A stretch of DNA of 64,000 nt from assembly GCA_034226945.1 (NCBI GenBank), contig CP120462.1, forward strand, positions 62,001-126,000, in the 5' to 3' direction. Both the position numbers and the translations under genes were made by a program. This document shows positions 1 through 12,258 of this stretch, piece after piece (position 1 is the first letter of the stretch; the number at the start of each line of letters is the position of its first letter). The DNA is from Picochlorum sp. SENEW3. Lineage: Eukaryota. The notes under the pieces are model-generated. The model worked only from the letters and a program-made list of their open reading frames with translations, made no database searches and was not told where the DNA came from.

Positions 1-289
1 TCGTATCCGTCACACTCCCAGTGAGGAGAGCATGGTTGCCAAGAAAGTTGGGCAGTTTCACGACGCCTAGAATTTTCCTATCTTCTCGTTCCACGTCTCC
101 CACTTCCGGCTGAGAATCCGCCAGAAAGAGGTATATCTACATCAACATATATAGATCAGGAGAAATGCGAGAATGTTGCCCTGTCCGAACTAGTGTGCGT
201 ACCAACACGGTCCCAATCGCTCCCAGAAACAGCAATGTCGCTCGGCCAAGGGTGCTGGTTTTCCTACTTGACTTTGGAGATAGTTGCAT
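1..289 (-). CDS. 5' part of a type II membrane protein, runs off the window start
   Basis: Exon 289-203 (MQLSPKSSRKTSTLGRATLLFLGAIGTVL), GTACGC...TAG intron 202-137, then an in-frame open exon IYLFLADSQPEVG... Splicing joins a continuous hydrophobic TM segment. Confidence 0.5.
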
Positions 290-461
290 TATAAATATTG
301 ATCAATAATTCTACTTGCAGCATGAAATGCTCAGACTGCGTCCCTGAGAACACTCACAACCACCTCGATGGGATCCACGCCATGTGCTCTATGCGATCTG
401 TTGCTCCGAATCGGATTAAAGATTCATTCTTTTTATTTACAATCATAAATTGGGGATTACC

Positions 462-2190
462 TCAGCGCCTTTGAGCGTACATATAGAGTCCGTTGGATGT
501 ATGGATCGTGGCTCCGGTGGTCATGCCAATCTCATGATCTTCCTTGAGGGCAAATGTAAAGTTTTTGAGCAGCACAGCCAAGGCCACGACACCTTCCATC
601 AGTGCAAATTGGTCTCCAACGCATTTGCGAGGCCCTCCACTGAATGGAATGTACTTGAAGTCTGTATTTTGCTCGTTTGGAATAGGGCCATCAATGTCAA
701 ATCGCTCAGGCTTGAAAGCCTCTGGGTCTTCCCACACATCCGGCGAGTGGTGGATGTTGTACACACTAATCATGACATCCTGGCCAGCGGGCACGGTGTA
801 TCCTCCTGGCAGTGAGTCCTCTACGAGAGCACGGCGGAGAAGAACTGGTGGGTGAGGGTACAGCCTCATGCTCTCGTTAATGCAACGCATGGTATATTTT
901 AGTTCTTGGTATTTTGCCAGTGTCATGGGCCCATCATCTTGGCCCAATACTCTATCTATTTCTTCCTGCGCCTTCTTCATGCATTCGGGATTGGTGACCA
1001 GCAAATAGAGAGTCCAGGTCAACACAGAACCAGTGGTCTCGTGTCCTGCCACCAGCATGGACAGCAAATCGTCTCGCAATTGGACGGAGGAGACTTCTTC
1101 ACGAGATGCAATCAAAAACCTGAGCACGGATGGATCACTCTCGTTGACGTAATTGTCGGGATCGAATGCTGCTGCCTCTTCCTCAGCCTCAACCATGGCC
1201 TTGCAGGTTGCAATGAGTTCTTCTGTTGTTTGCCTGATAAGGTCAACCGCTTCCATGGCTTTTCTTTGCCTTGGAATGATATATCGCATGAATGGAATTT
1301 TCCATATCGGTAGTACGTCCGTCGCTCTCTGCTCTGTCTCCTTCAGGCTGGTATACACCGCCTGAATAAGGGGTGAGTTGGTCGTCAAAGAGTTGAAATC
1401 ATAATTGAACACGGCCTTGCCAATCACGTCGAGCGTCAATTGAGAAAAGCAAGCTTCCATATCTATTGCCGCTTTCGGGTTCTTCGCCAACTGCTTATCC
1501 AGTTCATCAACCAGCTGGTGCGCACTCGCGTCAAAGACCCTTTCAATCATTACCTCCAGATATCCTCGATGCAGCGACGGTCCAACCGCCCGTCTCCGTA
1601 TCCTCCACGTCTCTCCTCCATTAATTGCAAATCCTTGTCCGAACAAGAATTCGGACACCTCCGCAACGAGCCCCTTGACGTACACAGGCCTCTGTGGGTT
1701 GTCAGAGCCCCTCAACACATGCTTGGCAGCTTGCGGTTCAGAGATGACCAAAAACGACGACACGGGTCCCGTCGGCAACAGATACACCGGACCAGTCTCC
1801 ACCATCCATTTAAAGAGAGCCTTGAACAATGCGCCGCCCAACAAATCCTGAATGTCCTCAGGCTTGGCATCCGCCACTGGAACATCTGATTTTCCTCCCC
1901 ACAATCTGCCCAGCTGGGTCAGCCACCCAGGGCTCGTGAAACTCGTACCAGCTCCTTCAGCATCAATCAGTTTTCCTGTATCTATCGGCTGATCCAGATC
2001 CACCTTCTGCATGGACACATGATCCATCATCACCTGCACAACCTGTACAGCAATATTCATGGACTCAAATACGCACCTCATCGTCCTGAATGGCCCTCAC
2101 GCTCCTCATCGTGCGGTGTCTATTTCCACATGCGCCCATCGGAACACGAATGCAGCATCTGCGCGGGTGGTATTGTCCTGTCCTGTTCAT
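462..2190 (-). CDS. CYP97C: Cytochrome P450 CYP97C, carotenoid epsilon-ring hydroxylase (LUT1-like), plastid-targeted
   Basis: AGHETT I-helix, ESMRLYP, heme motif [13 protein letters not shown]97-type DLLGGALF and [10 protein letters not shown] transit-peptide exon 2190-2077 (ending VRAIQDDE) is joined by a 43-nt GTGCGT...CAG intron. Confidence 0.9.
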
Positions 2191-2478
2191 GTCTCTGACA
2201 CAACTGGACGAGCTCAAAGACAATGTACGTGATACAGCTACCATGATTACTAAATTTATAACTTTTAAATTGTATTTGTCTGTGAGAAAGGCCCTCTGAA
2301 TACCTTGTGTGGGATTGCTTGCTTGGGAATCTTGAGACGTGACGCTCTTGTCTCAATTTCCTTTGTTCTCAATTCCTTAGACCGCATGTTTAAAAATCCG
2401 CATGACCCCGTCATGATCCACGATGTGTCCGTAAAATGCAGAATAATTGCTCTATATCGTCTCTCTGATCACGACGCC

Positions 2479-3000
2479 ATGGTGGCCTTGATCTTCAAGG
2501 TCTTCACCTTGACGTTGAAGACTGTGAGTAAACCCCTGGCCTCTAGGTTTGAGCAGTACGTCATGGGGCATCCCAAGCTGCGGAGCAAAGTGATCAATAT
2601 AGCCCAATGGATACACACTCTGGAGGTCAGCATCGATCGAGGGGCACAGGGAAAGACAGGAAGGGTATTTGTGGGGGATATGAGTGAGGAGAAATCAATC
2701 CAGCTTGCCTCAAAAGTAGCATCAGAGTCATTTGTCTACGGCACAGCGCTCATACTATTGGTGTTGGAGATGCAGAGGAAGGATGAAGAGGACAAGGAAA
2801 AGAAGAAGAAGGCAAATGAAGAGAAGGAACATAATGCCATGCTGCATCGACGGCATGAGGAAATGGACCTAAGAATAGCTCAGGAGCAATACCAGATGCG
2901 GCGGATTTTGGAGCGAATAGAAGAGCGAGTTTTAGCACTGGAGGCAACGAATGCAAAACGATCTAGATGGCCCTGGCCTTTATCCTTTGTTCAGGGATGA
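2479..3000 (+). CDS. OPA3-like protein
   Basis: N-terminus FKVFTLTLKTVSKPLA, SEEKSIQLASKVASESFVY, a hydrophobic segment and a C-terminal coiled coil, all typical of the OPA3 family. Confidence 0.8.
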   Translation: MVALIFKVFTLTLKTVSKPLASRFEQYVMGHPKLRSKVINIAQWIHTLEVSIDRGAQGKTGRVFVGDMSEEKSIQLASKVASESFVYGTALILLVLEMQRKDEEDKEKKKKANEEKEHNAMLHRRHEEMDLRIAQEQYQMRRILERIEERVLALEATNAKRSRWPWPLSFVQG

Positions 3001-3708
3001 ACATCCTGGCCCATCATTCAGCGCTGAGCATCCTTGTGATGATGATAGCAATCAATTATTATTAGTCTTCTTTGTAAAGACAAACATGCAGTTCATGTCA
3101 TGTCATCCTAAAGTACATTGGCTTTTTTTCATGAGGTTTTTGACCAATTCATGAATTGAGCATGGCCATATGGCTTGCAAGCTCTCTTCCTGATCAGCAT
3201 CCTCATATGAGGATGTCAGTAACAAGGGGTTTGATCGTACCATAAGTGGCACTTCAGCTGCATTAATTGATCAATGTAAAACAAAATATATTAATTGAAA
3301 GCATTGCGGTTGGATTACCAGTATATACAGGTGCGTGTTCGCCATTGAGCAACCATGCTGGGACACAATAGGTTCCGTTCAGGCGTCGTCTAGTCAGGAA
3401 TGCGCCTCATCGGATTATTTAATATATATTATTATTATGATAACCCTATCCTGCATCCAAATGGCACCAAGTCTTGGTGAACGTGCGGAGTGGTGCACGC
3501 TTTTTTGTCCAAACATTTCATTTCATTCTTCTTCTTTTTATTCTTTGGTTGCTCGGCGAGTCTCGTCGCAAGGCTGTGAGCTTTGTTTACTTCTCACATC
3601 TACTAGTCACTTGCGTTGACATGATGGAAATATCCGGTTGCAGGGAGTCACCTTTGTGGATTTAGCAAGTACACTTGTCTTCTCTCAGGCCCAAACACAG
3701 ATTGATTC

Positions 3709-4244
3709 ATGGCAAACCCGCACAGCAGAGGTGCGGCAGGAAAACTGCTTCTCTTGCTGGGTTTCAGCATTTTCTTTTACACAGGATATCAGACCATGAC
3801 GTGTGCGTATTTGTCATGAGGTGTATGCAGTATATAGATCTGACGTGAGTGAATATTTGGGCAATGCAGATGGAGAAAGTATGCGAGTATCTCATCGTGC
3901 CACAGGTGAAACTTCCAGTGGGGAGTTGAGTAGGCAAGGCAATGGCATCGGTAGCTCATGGATATTGTCTGGGTCTGGTGCTCCGTCCACGGGCATCTTA
4001 CTGGTGGTGGCAACGCTCATCACCTTGGCAGGGGGCTTGGTTGCCCAGGGCCCACTCAAACCAATCGTCATCTCCAAGGCACCTCCGTGCGTGATTTGGT
4101 CATCGTTGTATCCATCACCATGCGGCATTATGTCTGAATGTATGTATTTGTTGCAGAGTGACAGGAGAGTACCCAGAGTTTAGGGATTTCATATCCTTCA
4201 ACAACAGAGGAAGAATCCTTTCTGCTGCTGCCAAGGCTGACTAA
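3709..4244 (+). CDS. Hypothetical small single-pass membrane protein, tentative 4-exon model
   Basis: Three GTGCG...CAG introns give an in-frame model MANPHSRGYQTMTYGESMRV...GILLVVATLITLAGGLV...AAKAD*. No family recognised. Confidence 0.35.
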
Positions 4245-4432
4245 CCATGGTATTCCGGTCCATACATGTGGTTGACCGAGGTGTCCTTGTTGTCATGCAG
4301 GCAGCGGCATGGTATGGTGTCTTGGATCATCTCCAGTGTTTGATGACTGCTATTTCTCACGATTACCTATAGAAAATTATTTCTGAATCAGTTGGTTCAG
4401 TGTGGGGGCGTATCTGTGTTGGAGTTTGAACC

Positions 4433-5197
4433 ATGCAGCAGATTCGCGTTGGAGTGTTGGCCCTCCAGGGCTCTTTCAGAGAGCATATGTTTTTATTGAA
4501 TAAAATTGAGAATGTAGTTGCGACAGAAGTCCGCACTGAAGAGCAGTTGAAGATGGTGGATGGTTTGGTGATTCCTGGGGGGGAGAGTACTACTATGGCC
4601 CTTGTGGCTGAGAAGTGGGGGTTGCTGCCAGCGTTGCGAGCGTTCGAAAGAGAAGGCAAGCCTGTGTGGGGGACCTGTGCTGGTCTCATTTTCTTGGCGG
4701 ATCGAGCGACAGGGATGAAGGAAGGGGGGCAGGCCCTCATTGGTGGGATTGACTGCCTGGTGCACAGGAATTTCTTTGGGGCGCAGATAAACAGTTTTGA
4801 ATCACAGCTGCCTGCTCCGGACTGTTTGAAGAAGGAAGGTCAGGAATTGAGTAAAGATGAAGAGACTTTTCGCGCTGTATTCATCCGAGCGCCGGCAATC
4901 ACTGAGGTCGGAGAGGGGGTGGAGGTGCTTGCGAAATACGTGCTGACCAAGGAGGAGTTGCTCCAATCCGGTCACGAGTCTGTCATCATTGCTGTTCGAA
5001 GCAAGAATCTCATGGCGACATCATTTCACCCAGAGCTGACGGCGGATACTCGATGGCACCGGTATTTTGTCGATATGGTGAAGGAGTATCTCAGCACGTC
5101 TGTGGATGGACATCATTATCGACAGGTGGATATCTCAAAGACAGCATCTACGCCAAAATCATCATACAGGCCCAGAGATTTGCCCGTGTATCAGTAA
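4433..5197 (+). CDS. PDX2: Pyridoxal 5'-phosphate synthase glutaminase subunit
   Basis: GVLALQGSF, IPGGESTT, catalytic GTCAG, RNFFGAQ, FIRAP, FHPELT. Confidence 0.95.
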   Translation: MQQIRVGVLALQGSFREHMFLLNKIENVVATEVRTEEQLKMVDGLVIPGGESTTMALVAEKWGLLPALRAFEREGKPVWGTCAGLIFLADRATGMKEGGQALIGGIDCLVHRNFFGAQINSFESQLPAPDCLKKEGQELSKDEETFRAVFIRAPAITEVGEGVEVLAKYVLTKEELLQSGHESVIIAVRSKNLMATSFHPELTADTRWHRYFVDMVKEYLSTSVDGHHYRQVDISKTASTPKSSYRPRDLPVYQ

Positions 5198-5346
5198 AAT
5201 GTATTATTATTACAATAATGAATGAAATGAATCATTTATGTGCCACTCGTACAAAAAGATAGATGGCAATCTGTATCTTAACCATTAAAAAAAACTGATC
5301 AACAAGTACACAACATTTGTTTGTTGTAGCTTCAACGCGTTGCCTC

Positions 5347-6051
5347 TTACTCAGAGCATGTGACAAGACCATGTCGTTCCAGTATGTGGTTCACATTCCA
5401 GTCCATTGCAATTAGGGCAGAAAGCTCACAATCCGACAGCAGCAGGGATTTGGAATCTGTGGCTCGACTCAACAGGGTTCGGTTGGGTACGGCTGTTCTC
5501 ACAGAGCAATGCTTCATGGCAATCCACCAGCAGGCCACGAGGTCGTGTATCATCAGGTCCCTATTGCTGATATAAGAATCAGGCAATTTCCCTTGGGACC
5601 ACGATTTCAATTGCTTCTTTCTGAGCTGTTTGAATAGACAGAGCCCACATTCCATAATGTGGGGGCTCATGTGGACTTTTGGTTGCAGCTGAAGTAGCTT
5701 TTCCGTCCACATGACAAGCTGCGAACGCAGAACGCTGTCGAATCGGGCTGCATTTTCAATGCGTATTTTCGACTTCGCATCAGCCTTGCTTCGCTCGAGG
5801 CATTCAGTGTCTTCTTCCTCAAAACTGAGTGCCCTTGCTGAGAAGTACTTGAACCCAACCTTTTGCCTCTTGTTCTCGAACTTCTTTTGAGGGGTTTTGG
5901 TGCTCACATTCACAGTAACCATAGTTTCATCCCTTCCATCATTCGGATATGACGCCATTATTTTATCGTTGTTGAACTCGGATGGATGCACAACACCATG
6001 CCAGTCCATGCCAGCCCCCTGAATTTGGTCAACAATGCTATGATTCGACAT
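5347..6051 (-). CDS. Hypothetical protein with a divergent cyclin-box-like C-terminal half
   Basis: 234-aa ORF. LVACWWIAMK and CELSALIAMDWNV resemble cyclin-box helices 3 and 5 (ACLxIAxK; ExxxLxxLxW). Confidence 0.5.
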   Translation of the reverse strand: MSNHSIVDQIQGAGMDWHGVVHPSEFNNDKIMASYPNDGRDETMVTVNVSTKTPQKKFENKRQKVGFKYFSARALSFEEEDTECLERSKADAKSKIRIENAARFDSVLRSQLVMWTEKLLQLQPKVHMSPHIMECGLCLFKQLRKKQLKSWSQGKLPDSYISNRDLMIHDLVACWWIAMKHCSVRTAVPNRTLLSRATDSKSLLLSDCELSALIAMDWNVNHILERHGLVTCSE

Positions 6052-6648
6052 GTTGTGGATTCAATATGTAGACACAGTACCGAGTATCCAGTACGTGATC
6101 TATCTATATATATACTGTAACGTCGTGCACGACAAGATTGATTCACACTATCAAGCGATGGGATGAGAAATGCGATGGAATACAATTCACGAGACGTTCA
6201 GAGTGGCTGGGGGGATTCAACCTTCCAAGCCCGATACTCCTCGTCTCGTTCAATCTATCTCTACAGTCCTATTCTATACAGAGATGCCACGGATCAGATA
6301 TGGCAGACTGTCCTGAATGGTGCCAACAACATTCACGACCACTCGCCACTCTCTGGTATGTCCCCGAGGCTCCTACAAGTACGACGTGCCTGAATTCAGC
6401 GTTTCAGCGGTGAGTATCCACCTAAAATATTCTATCAAAATATTTAATTGATGGGTTCGTCGTGACGATACGATTTCAATCGCTACAATCGTCGTCCGAG
6501 TTTCCATCGTCATCACGACTCTGCGAGTCAACGGCCAAAGCTTCCACGTGGTTTGATTCTCCTAGAAATCGTCCTGCTCGAGGCAGTCACCTTCCTGGCT
6601 GGGAAGAAGTCAACAACAACAACGATTCTATTTCTTACACGATATCCA

Positions 6649-7737
6649 TCATTCATTTCTATGGTTCAACTTGATTCGGAGCAAAGAATCGACCTTGTTT
6701 CGACAAATGGGACACACGCTACTTTGCCTTCGTAGTGCATCAGCACACTCGTGACACATGCACATGTGCCGACAGGGTAATGCGGTGGTGTCCCTTCTGT
6801 TGCTCAGGCAAATGACGCACAGGTGCTCTTCCGTCGAGCTATTTTCTACAGGAGACACGGCATTCTCTAGCCCGTAGATTTCTTGGAGGACATAGGACAC
6901 CCCGTCCACCCAAAGCTTTTGCTTCACCACTGACACGGTCCATTCGCCCGAGTCTTGTTTATCAATCATCGCAAATGTCGTCTGCCCTTGGATCCATGGC
7001 TGCAAAGGCTCACCAGGGACAATATCATTCAGCGTGAATCCTTCTTTTCTCCCTTTTTCTGTCACAGTCGCCAATCTGACCACCACAGGGAATCCTTCTT
7101 CACTGCCCTGTTGTCCAAGGCTCAGCAACTCATCCAGACACACCTGGCTCAGGTCAATCCCATGCTGCGTTGCCAGGAACAGCGACATATCATCCTTGGG
7201 AAACTTTTGCTGCATCCCTTTCTCATACTCTACACACGACGCAAACACGCGATTGGCATCTTTGTACACCTGTGGGAGGTGCACCAACTTGCTGCCATTG
7301 GCTACATCCTCCTTCACTCCACAAAAGGTCATGACACAGCATGGCTCAGAAGCATCAAACTCAAACCCAATGGTCAAAAAGTTTGGGTCTGCCTCCGACG
7401 GAACAACCGTCAATGATGATTTCTTCAGATTCACAGCATTGCGGATTGTAGCAGTCTGGGTCAAAGACTGAGGAGGAGGCTGTGCTTCCTGGCTCTGCGA
7501 CGTCCCTTGCCTCCTGCCTTGTCCAGCACTTGTATTCACTGGACGACGCCCACCACTTCCGTACGGCATATTGTAGTATTGACCACTGTGGCCATAAGAC
7601 GCTGGAGGTGGGGGTACCCGACCAGCCGTGTTCGAGGGTGGATATCGCGCGTAGTGCGAATTCTGAGGCAACCCATTACCATTTTGCTGCTGATTAGTAT
7701 CGTTATCTTGTCTCTGTCGACTCGTGCGGTTCCCCAT
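6649..7737 (-). CDS. RING E3 ubiquitin ligase, LOG2/LUL/Mahogunin family
   Basis: Myristoylation-like MGN start, TIRNAVNLKK, VVKQKLWVDGVSYVLQEIYG, RING CVICL...LPCRHMCMCHECA...CPICR. Confidence 0.9.
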   Translation of the reverse strand: MGNRTSRQRQDNDTNQQQNGNGLPQNSHYARYPPSNTAGRVPPPPASYGHSGQYYNMPYGSGGRRPVNTSAGQGRRQGTSQSQEAQPPPQSLTQTATIRNAVNLKKSSLTVVPSEADPNFLTIGFEFDASEPCCVMTFCGVKEDVANGSKLVHLPQVYKDANRVFASCVEYEKGMQQKFPKDDMSLFLATQHGIDLSQVCLDELLSLGQQGSEEGFPVVVRLATVTEKGRKEGFTLNDIVPGEPLQPWIQGQTTFAMIDKQDSGEWTVSVVKQKLWVDGVSYVLQEIYGLENAVSPVENSSTEEHLCVICLSNRRDTTALPCRHMCMCHECADALRRQSSVCPICRNKVDSLLRIKLNHRNE

Positions 7738-8059
7738 GACAAACTGCTGAGGACACCCTTAGGTTTCGATCCCTTTCCAAACAATATCGGGTTTCTGGAT
7801 CCTTTAATCAACTATGTTGTACACATGCGATACTATCTGTTTAAATGCAGCCCACTGCGCCTTTGGACACCCTGTGGCTCAAAGTTCAAGTGTCCACAAA
7901 TCCGTTGTCGTTGGGTGTCAGTGTTTGTTCAAATCCAGTGACAATGGATACGAATGACAACGTCTTTTAAAAGTTCCTTTGTTAAAATATTGATTGTACA
8001 TTAGTGCCCCTTGGCCTCGCCTCTTGCAGGCTGGGTGCCGATGGGCACTACTCTCCACC

Positions 8060-9709
8060 TCAAAATTGACTCAAATCTCGACCAAAGACTTGCGTTTTCA
8101 ACCAGTCGAACAGGATCAGTACTCGATTCCTGATACTTACTTGCTTGGTGATGTACACACTCTTCCATAGAAGAAATGCAGGACTGCCCCACACATCCAG
8201 ACTGGAGTCAAATGCTTCAACTTGTGCGATTGCCTTGTCATCGCCAATCGATGCCAGAATGCCTAAACTCAAAAACTCAAAGGGTTTCTTTAAGACTGCT
8301 TTGGGTGGGCCACCTTCATCAACTGATTCTGTGACAGAATCAGTGACAGTGCTGAAAACTCTATCAGCTAATGAGAGGCTGGAGGCTGGTTTCCAAGGTG
8401 GCAGCATGTCGAGGCCGCCTGTGCCGACATTGTACCGTCTGTTTACTACATGAGATACATACGCTCCCTGCTGGGCAGCTACCTGGGCGGTGGGTGGCAG
8501 AGGATTTCCTTCCATGAAGGAGCAATCTCCCAGAGCAATGACATCTCGCGTGCCAATGACACGAAGGAAAGGATCAACATGAAGTTTCCGAGGCTTGTCG
8601 TTGTTCAATTCCATTTGCTGAGGAATCTGCCGAATCATGTCAGAGACAAGGGGGTTCACTGAATTTCCAGCAGACCACACACATATTCCATACTCCATCG
8701 TGTCATTATTCGCCAGGGTAATCTGCCTGTCATCAATTTTGGTCACCCTTTGTCCCGTCCGCACATCAACACCAATCTTTTCAAGGTTTTTCATGGCAAT
8801 CTGGGCGAGCTTTGTATCGAATTGTGTCAAAATAGCATCCCCTGACTGTAACAGGACAACTTTTACGTACTTTGCCAGTCGAGGATACTTTTTCCTCAAA
8901 TCTTGTTTGACAAAATCACTCAGAGTCCCAGCAAATTCCACTCCCGTTGGCCCTGCTCCCACAATCAACATTGTCATCAGCCTCTTTATCTCTTCCTCTG
9001 CCACACCGGGAAGAGACGCTAGCTCAAAAACCTCTTGTATCCTCTTTCGCAAGTTTGCAGCATCACGAACAGTCTTCAGAAAGAATGCGTATTCTTCAAC
9101 TCCTGGCACTCCAAACGATGCGGGTTTCTCGCCAACAGCAACCACAAGAATGTCATAGCTAATGTGAAAGACTGGCATATTTCCTCTTCCATCAGCTACC
9201 GCGGATTTGCACGTCACCTTTTTCCCTGTGACGTCAATGGACTGGCATTCAGCCTCAAAATACTGGACATACTCGTTGGCAGCCCTGATGGGCTCCAACA
9301 GGCTGCGAAACTCCACAGTACCAGTAGCTGTCGAAGGCAACATCGGGGTGAACAAGAAAGCATTGGATGGTGATACAACCGCGACGTCAAAGTGATCAGT
9401 ATCAACAACTTTGACGAGAGAGTGCGCACCCCATCCAGTTCCCAGAACACAAATCACAGGCTTTGCTCCAAATCGTTCAACTTGTCCACCCATATTGTTT
9501 CTTATGATTCTACGAACATGAGTTCCAATGTCGTCGACGGCGTCAATCATCTTGTCCGCAAGAATTGCAGACCATGTGCTATTTCTCCTGAGTTCAAATG
9601 GAACTGGTGCCTTGTCCTTTGGTGCTTGAGCTCTGCAAACAAAGGAGCGTCGACTGTGGGTTGTACGAAACCCGGGGTTTGTTTGAATTTTTTGTGATAA
9701 AACTGTCAT
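8060..9709 (-). CDS. Type II NAD(P)H:quinone oxidoreductase, organelle-targeted
   Basis: VLGTGWGA, FLFTPML, GTVEFRS, VGAGPTGVEFA, LPPTAQVAAQQG and C-terminal DWLKTQVFGRD. Probable start MTVLSQK with a VCRA transit-peptide motif. Confidence 0.92.
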   Translation of the reverse strand: MTVLSQKIQTNPGFRTTHSRRSFVCRAQAPKDKAPVPFELRRNSTWSAILADKMIDAVDDIGTHVRRIIRNNMGGQVERFGAKPVICVLGTGWGAHSLVKVVDTDHFDVAVVSPSNAFLFTPMLPSTATGTVEFRSLLEPIRAANEYVQYFEAECQSIDVTGKKVTCKSAVADGRGNMPVFHISYDILVVAVGEKPASFGVPGVEEYAFFLKTVRDAANLRKRIQEVFELASLPGVAEEEIKRLMTMLIVGAGPTGVEFAGTLSDFVKQDLRKKYPRLAKYVKVVLLQSGDAILTQFDTKLAQIAMKNLEKIGVDVRTGQRVTKIDDRQITLANNDTMEYGICVWSAGNSVNPLVSDMIRQIPQQMELNNDKPRKLHVDPFLRVIGTRDVIALGDCSFMEGNPLPPTAQVAAQQGAYVSHVVNRRYNVGTGGLDMLPPWKPASSLSLADRVFSTVTDSVTESVDEGGPPKAVLKKPFEFLSLGILASIGDDKAIAQVEAFDSSLDVWGSPAFLLWKSVYITKQVSIRNRVLILFDWLKTQVFGRDLSQF

Positions 9710-10377
9710 TGTGATGGATATTACGCACAATACATGTGGCGGTTTCTCTCTCTCGGCAGCGACCAAAAAGAAGAAGAAGGAAAGATACGACACGTCACAT
9801 GGATATCCTCCCATTCAGAAAGGTGTTTGATGGGAGACAGCTTCATCGAGACATCAAGACCTCACTCCAGTGAGAGAGCAGATCATAGTGAGCGTTTCAG
9901 AGGCAATTTGGCCACTATATTTCATAATTATTACACCAAAGGTACGCACGTCTAACAATCACGGCTGGGGTGCGAGAATAGTCGCACAGCCTGTCGATTC
10001 GCGGAAGCATTTCGACGCTTTTCCCTCTTGAATGGTGATATGAATGTGTTTGGATATCATGAATATGCGTCTAAAATGTGGGTGATTTGGTGGATTGGAT
10101 CGGTAAATGGGGGGTGGACATGGATGGATAGGAGACCCGACGGCCATGCGGCTGGACGAGGCCCTGACGAGTGTTCATTGAGGAGGCTCTTTCTTTATGG
10201 GAGTAGAAAAGATCTTCTTTGGCACTGTGATTCAAAGGATATTTCGAAGGAGGAGAGGGGGGGATCGCCTACCGTCCTGTGTGGTGTGTGGTAGACTACC
10301 TCGCAGGCGCGAGCGTTGTGGTGGCGGAATAAGGAATCAACTGACATTGCCATACATGTGTGTGCAGATCTAGTACC

Positions 10378-11055
10378 ATGAAAGCTGTCGTTTCTGTACA
10401 CGGCGCAAAGACTGCACTTGGCGGGCAGAGACTCGTGTGCTCTGCCAAGGTGAGGTCTCAGCAGCCAGGAAGGCTCTCTGTAGTTCAATGCACAGCTCAG
10501 GATACGGCTTCTTCCGAGCGTTTGAGATTGAATAACCTTTCTCCACAGGATGGATCCCGCCGTAAGAAGACCAGAAAGGGACGTGGGTATGGAGCTGGTC
10601 AGGGGGGTAGTGCAGGATTTGGAATGCGTGGGCAGAAGTCTCGTTCCGGATCTGGTATTCGCCCAGGTTTCGAGGGAGGTCAGACTCCATTGTACAGAAA
10701 GCTTCCAAAGCTTAAAGGAATTGCAGGAGGAATGGGTCACGGGCTTCCAGATTTTGTGACAATCAATGTGCGAGATTTGAATAAATTTGCTGGCGAGGGG
10801 GGAGAGGTGTCTTTAGAATTGCTCAAGGAGAAGAAGATTTTGAATCTGTCCGGAAGCCAAGATAAACTTCCTCTGAAGATTTTGGGAACTGGAGAGTTGA
10901 CTGGACCAGTGACTGTTCATGCTGCTGCCTTCTCAGAGAGTGCCCGATCAAAGATTGAAGCTGCAGGAGGAAAGGCTGTGGAGGTTCCACAAAAGCCAAA
11001 ATGGACTAGAAAGGCTCACGAGGCTGCCAAGGCAGCTGCAGAAGAATCTTCTTGA
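10378..11055 (+). CDS. RPL15: Plastid 50S ribosomal protein L15
   Basis: Transit peptide, [51 protein letters not shown]. Confidence 0.95.
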   Translation: MKAVVSVHGAKTALGGQRLVCSAKVRSQQPGRLSVVQCTAQDTASSERLRLNNLSPQDGSRRKKTRKGRGYGAGQGGSAGFGMRGQKSRSGSGIRPGFEGGQTPLYRKLPKLKGIAGGMGHGLPDFVTINVRDLNKFAGEGGEVSLELLKEKKILNLSGSQDKLPLKILGTGELTGPVTVHAAAFSESARSKIEAAGGKAVEVPQKPKWTRKAHEAAKAAAEESS

Positions 11056-11088
11056 TTGAAATTGAAAAAAAATTGAGGTGTAATTTTT

Positions 11089-12120
11089 TCAGGATGCTGA
11101 CGCCATCTCCTGTCCACAATGAGGACACTTTTTTTTCTGTTTCAACCACTCTACGATACACTCTGGATGATACACATGCTTGCATGGGAGCACAACGACA
11201 CTGTCCTCAGCCTCAAACTCAAGCTGGCACACCACACAACTGCAACACCACACCATTATTGTTAGTCACCACGCGCGGTGAACGCTACATACTTTCAACG
11301 TACGGATCGCTATGATTATTTTCACGCGTGAATTCTTTGTACTGGGTTCGATTCAGCGCATTCAACTGTTTCTCTGTCAAACCTGCAGCAACAGTTCCAG
11401 CAACTTCACCAAGCACTGTGAGTTCCTCGTACGTCAAATCATCTGGATCAATGGCATCTTCCTCCTCCTCCTCCTCCTCCTCGTCATCATATGCGGTTGG
11501 ATGCTCAGCATCCTCCACTCCCGCTCCCTCCCTGGATGTCCCAGGCACTGCACACACAGGCAAGATGAGCAGATCTTTCACCACCACGCCCTCATCTTTC
11601 ACAGGGACACATGCAACGCACCTAGACCTGCCATTGCCATCATTCGTTGTTGTAATGCCTGTTCTTCCTCTTGCATCAGCTTCCACGCGAGCTGCTCATC
11701 AGTCATACTCTCTGGGTCGACCTGCTCTTGTTCACCAGAGTAACTCCCCATCCCTTGGCCCACAGCGAAAGGCGGAACATTCTCCATGGTCCTGTATGTC
11801 AAGAACAACACAGGGATGAGTCAAGTATCTGTACCTGCGTTTACCCAACAGCCATGGACACGTACCTTGTCCCTCCAGACAGTGACAAAAAGGCCCTCTC
11901 CTGCTCTTGCAATATTTTCGCCAGTGCTATGTCCTCATTCTGCAATCATATGCATAAAATAAATACCATGGAACTGAAACCCATCTCATATCAACCATGG
12001 ACGCACCTCACTGGACCCACCAAAAGCGCTGGGACGACTTTCCGTTACTCGGCTGTTCTCAGCCCTATTCTCACTTCTGTTATGAAGTATTCCTTCATCA
12101 TTGGTATTTTGATTCTCCAT
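11089..12120 (-). CDS. RING-H2 E3 ligase, BIG BROTHER-related (multi-exon)
   Basis: Exons encode DIALAKILQEQERAF, DEQLAWKLMQEE, IDPDDLTYEELTVLGEVAGTV and a last exon CVVCQLEFE...LPCKHVYHPECIVEWL...CPHC. Donors are GTGCGT/GTACGT. Confidence 0.8.
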
Positions 12121-12258
12121 ATTCCTGTTTCTATGCACACAAGGTCCACCACAACTCGACCCAGTGCGACGATTCAGTTGGAATACGCAAAAGCTCTCGT
12201 ACTCTTCCTTTGCCTTGATTATTCGATTTTTTTAGATTTTAAGACACAAAATATGTAT

